A stretch of 64,000 nucleotides of DNA from Phaeosaccion multiseriatum. Its lineage: Eukaryota > Protista > Ochrophyta, other classes. The position numbers and the translations under genes were made by a program. The DNA lies in NCBI GenBank assembly GCA_965112735.1, contig OZ218963.1, forward strand, positions 1,860,001 to 1,924,000, given 5' to 3'. The notes under the pieces are model-generated. The model was not told where the DNA came from and searched no databases. It saw nothing but the letters and a program-made list of their open reading frames with translations. Below are positions 1 through 64,000 of the stretch, one piece after another (the stretch's first letter is position 1; each line of letters begins with the position of its first letter).

Positions 1-2
1 AC

Positions 3-1151
3 GGCATTCGCGGCTCTCATATGATGGCCTTGTCGCATTCGATGGAAGAAGACCATCCGGAGGGGGATGGTGCTGTCGAAGATAACGACGAGGACGATCG
101 AGTGAGCAGGGAGGGGGGAGAAGGTGGTGCTGGTGTGGGTGAGACAGACGCAATCACACGCGCGAAAGCTGCGGCTGCTGCTCGGGAAAATGCAGGCACC
201 CAGACCGTGAGCCAGAGGGTGAATGAAATATTCGGCAAGTTCGTCATGGAAGAGGAAGAGGACGACGACGTGTACATTGACGAGGAGGCGGACATTGCCA
301 ATTTGGCGGAGCTAAGAGAAGAGTCCAAGAGGCTGGTGACGACGTACTTGAAAAAGATGGGGACAGGAGACATGATGGGGTCGCCAGCAGCGACGGCTTC
401 GGACGGCGGCGGCGACTGGGACGTGAACGACCCGCAACAGATGGCCAAACAAGTGGCGGCGGCTTTTCTGAAAATGAAGGAGAGAGAGAAGAGAGAGGCG
501 GCGGGGGGAACCAATGAGAGCAAACCAGAGGGGGGGGATGGAGGCGGCCAGACACCGGCTTGGAGAAGAACGTTGCCCAGACGGAGGAATAAGAAACTCG
601 GTAATAGTGGTGGTGGTGGTGGTGGTGGTGATAGCGTGGGGGAAGGGGGGAACGACATGCAGGAAGTGCAAGACTCACAGGTCCCTTATTCAGGCAATGA
701 TGCCTCCTTGAGTGGCTCTATCGGCGGGAGGCGGAGGAGAGGAGCCACTATCTCTGGCGAAAGTTGGGCAGAGGTGATGAAGACTCTCCAGCAGGAGGGG
801 ATGCACGGGAAGGAGGAAGAGGGTGCTACTCAGAATGGTTGGGTCAAGGGCAGCAGTACCACCTCTGGAGCGCCAACAACCCAAAGGAAGAATGCACAGA
901 CGACTACCCCGAAAGAGCAAGAGGATAGTGGCGACGACTTTGAGAGGAGGAAGCACCAATTCTCCTACGAGGTGGGTGGAGAAGGAGAGGGGCAAGAAGG
1001 CCCGCGGTGGGGTCGCGCGGTGGAGAAGGTCATGGCGGCGGGAGAAGTGGCCAGTACTCCAGAGTTCTTTGCCGCGGCCGAGGAAGAGAGGGAGGACTGG
1101 CTCGCCGTTCTGCAGGAGATGAAGGCGAGGGTGAAGGCGGGCGAGGAGTGA
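3..1151 (+). CDS. 3' end (likely terminal exon) of an upstream gene; low-complexity acidic/Gly-rich protein with a PH-like C-terminal motif
   Basis: The frame is open from position 3 (GIRGSHMM...) to TGA at 1149-1151, so the ATG at 21 need not be the start. Codon and GGA/GAG usage match the other coding exons. Ends ...EFFAAAEEEREDWLAVLQEMKARVKAGEE*. An A-rich tract and AATAAA (1334-1339) follow. Confidence 0.7.
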   Translation, partial: GIRGSHMMALSHSMEEDHPEGDGAVEDNDEDDRVSREGGEGGAGVGETDAITRAKAAAAARENAGTQTVSQRVNEIFGKFVMEEEEDDDVYIDEEADIANLAELREESKRLVTTYLKKMGTGDMMGSPAATASDGGGDWDVNDPQQMAKQVAAAFLKMKEREKREAAGGTNESKPEGGDGGGQTPAWRRTLPRRRNKKLGNSGGGGGGGDSVGEGGNDMQEVQDSQVPYSGNDASLSGSIGGRRRRGATISGESWAEVMKTLQQEGMHGKEEEGATQNGWVKGSSTTSGAPTTQRKNAQTTTPKEQEDSGDDFERRKHQFSYEVGGEGEGQEGPRWGRAVEKVMAAGEVASTPEFFAAAEEEREDWLAVLQEMKARVKAGEE

Positions 1152-1732
1152 AGGAGTGGACTGGCTGTGTGGGCAGGAGAGGAAACGTCCCCCAGGGCCC
1201 CTCAAACCCCCCACTCCTCTACACCTGTCCTTCTCCTCTTCCACAAAAAGAGCGTTCTAGACGCCCTTTGACGGCCTTTGCAGAGTAGCAAACGAGCAAA
1301 GAAGGAAAAAGGAAAAAAAAAGAATAATATGTCAATAAAATCCGTTAGCGGGCCCGGTCACAAGCGGATTTGATTTATTTTGCGAGCGGCGGTAATTAAG
1401 AGAAGGGAGGGGAAAAAAGCGGCAAGCACTACTGAAGACGGGCTCCTCACCGTAGAGTAAGGACTTGTTCGAGTTTTGAAAGGGAAGGGCTGGGAGGGAT
1501 GGAAGAGGAGAAGATGGGAGGAGGAGAAGGGCGGCAATGATATACCTTCATCGCCATCCGCTTTCCGCTTCATAAGGAGTCGGCACCCGTAAATAAATCG
1601 GCGTGTCCACACGAAGAGGAGAGACATGAATCCAGCAACTAGTAGGAGCAGAAGTATTGGTCTTGATTGATCGCTAGGTAGGCCCTTACTCGGGAAAGGA
1701 GGGGGACAATACTAGGAGGGGGAGCCAGCAGT

Positions 1733-58768
<57,036 letters not shown>

Positions 58769-58974
58769 TCAACCTTTGGTGTTGTTGGTGTTGGTGTTGG
58801 TGCGGACGGTGCGTGTGGTCGATCGGGGTGGGTGGGAAGGTAAAAAGGGAGGCTCGAAACGCCCCCCTGGGTTAGACACGTACTGGAATGGCAGGTCATT
58901 GGGGCCTGACACGAACAAGTCGATGTCGATGGACGCTGCTCTTGTTGGAGAGAGCGTGTGTGTGTCAGAGAGGA

Positions 58975-59078
58975 GGGAGACAGTGAGAGAGAGAGCGAGA
59001 GAGAGAAAGAGAGAGAGACAGATACAGAGAGAGAAAGAGAGAGAGACAGAGACACACACAGAGAGAGACAGAGAGAGA

Positions 59079-59128
<50 letters not shown>

Positions 59129-59140
59129 GAGAGAGACAGA
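58975..59140. repeat. (GA)n-rich tract downstream of the giant gene's stop (probable 3' UTR)
   Basis: GA/GACA mosaic tract. Confidence 0.9.
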
Positions 59141-59739
59141 TGGGCAGAGGCTTGGGAGGACCTCAAGTGGTGTTTTCCATGCTTGTTTTGTGTATATATA
59201 CATGTTGTAAGTGGAACAAGAGGTAAGAACAGCTCGGCTCCAGAGGTGTAGAGAGACTTAAAAATGAAATGAATAGACTTGATTGTATCACGCAATGAAC
59301 CGTCCTTTGCTCTTACCGCCGCCTTGCTGCAGTAACCCACCACCCCCAGATACATGTAACGCTCATGTAACGCTCATGTAACGCTCATGCCCCTGCCCCT
59401 CACTTCGAGGGGAGGAAGGACGGGTGTCCATTCTCTCTCCTACTTACAAATACACAATTGTTTTGGTTGTGTGGTGCGGCATCGGCCATCTCCATCCATC
59501 CGAATCAATCAATCAATCAATCGAAATCCCCATCCCAAAAAGCAGAGTGACAACGGACGCTGGCCTCGTTTAGGTCAAAATCGCACACCATCTCAAGCGA
59601 GTGACTCAGGAAGGAGAGGAAGTTTACATTCAAACTCAGCCCCCTCGTCCATCACCTTCACTTAACATTGAAGTATGCGATTAGAAAACAAAACATGATA
59701 TTCTTGTGTCCTATTTGCCCCCCCACTCAACGAGAGCAA

Positions 59740-64000
<4,261 letters not shown>

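Noticed and set aside
59353-59388. 11-bp tandem repeat (CATGTAACGCT)x3 between the convergent genes as a regulatory element
   Set aside because: Short tandem duplications are common throughout this window; nothing supports a function.

Overview
Eukaryotic, intron-rich, GC-rich DNA with microsatellite-filled introns; a protist or alga, possibly a stramenopile, but taxonomy cannot be fixed from sequence alone. There are three genes. (1) The 3' end of an upstream gene (<3..1151, +). (2) One giant gene at 1733..58768 (+). The ORF track breaks it into many pieces, but it splices by hand into 37 GT-AG exons with matching phase at every junction: 46,683 nt, about 15,560 aa. Architecture: signal peptide, 2 LamG/ConA-like domains, Ig/cadherin-like domains, about 66 IPT/TIG repeats, CPxGxYC cysteine-rich repeats, about 11 TM helices, and a cytoplasmic tail with a CxxC pair, WLxxAR repeats and a coiled coil. 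(3) A convergent DDX21/RH7-type DEAD-box helicase with GUCT domain and RGG tail (59740..>64000, -). The main discovery is inside the giant protein. Every third IPT domain near the membrane-proximal end is split at the same loop by a large block of 'EVQ' modules. In each block the first strands are stacked up front and strand-less module bodies follow, with counts that balance like nested parentheses (10/10, 5/5, 13/13). This suggests out-and-back 'matryoshka' side branches on a very long Ig-like filament. A MITE-like element with perfect 27-bp inverted repeats sits in one intron.
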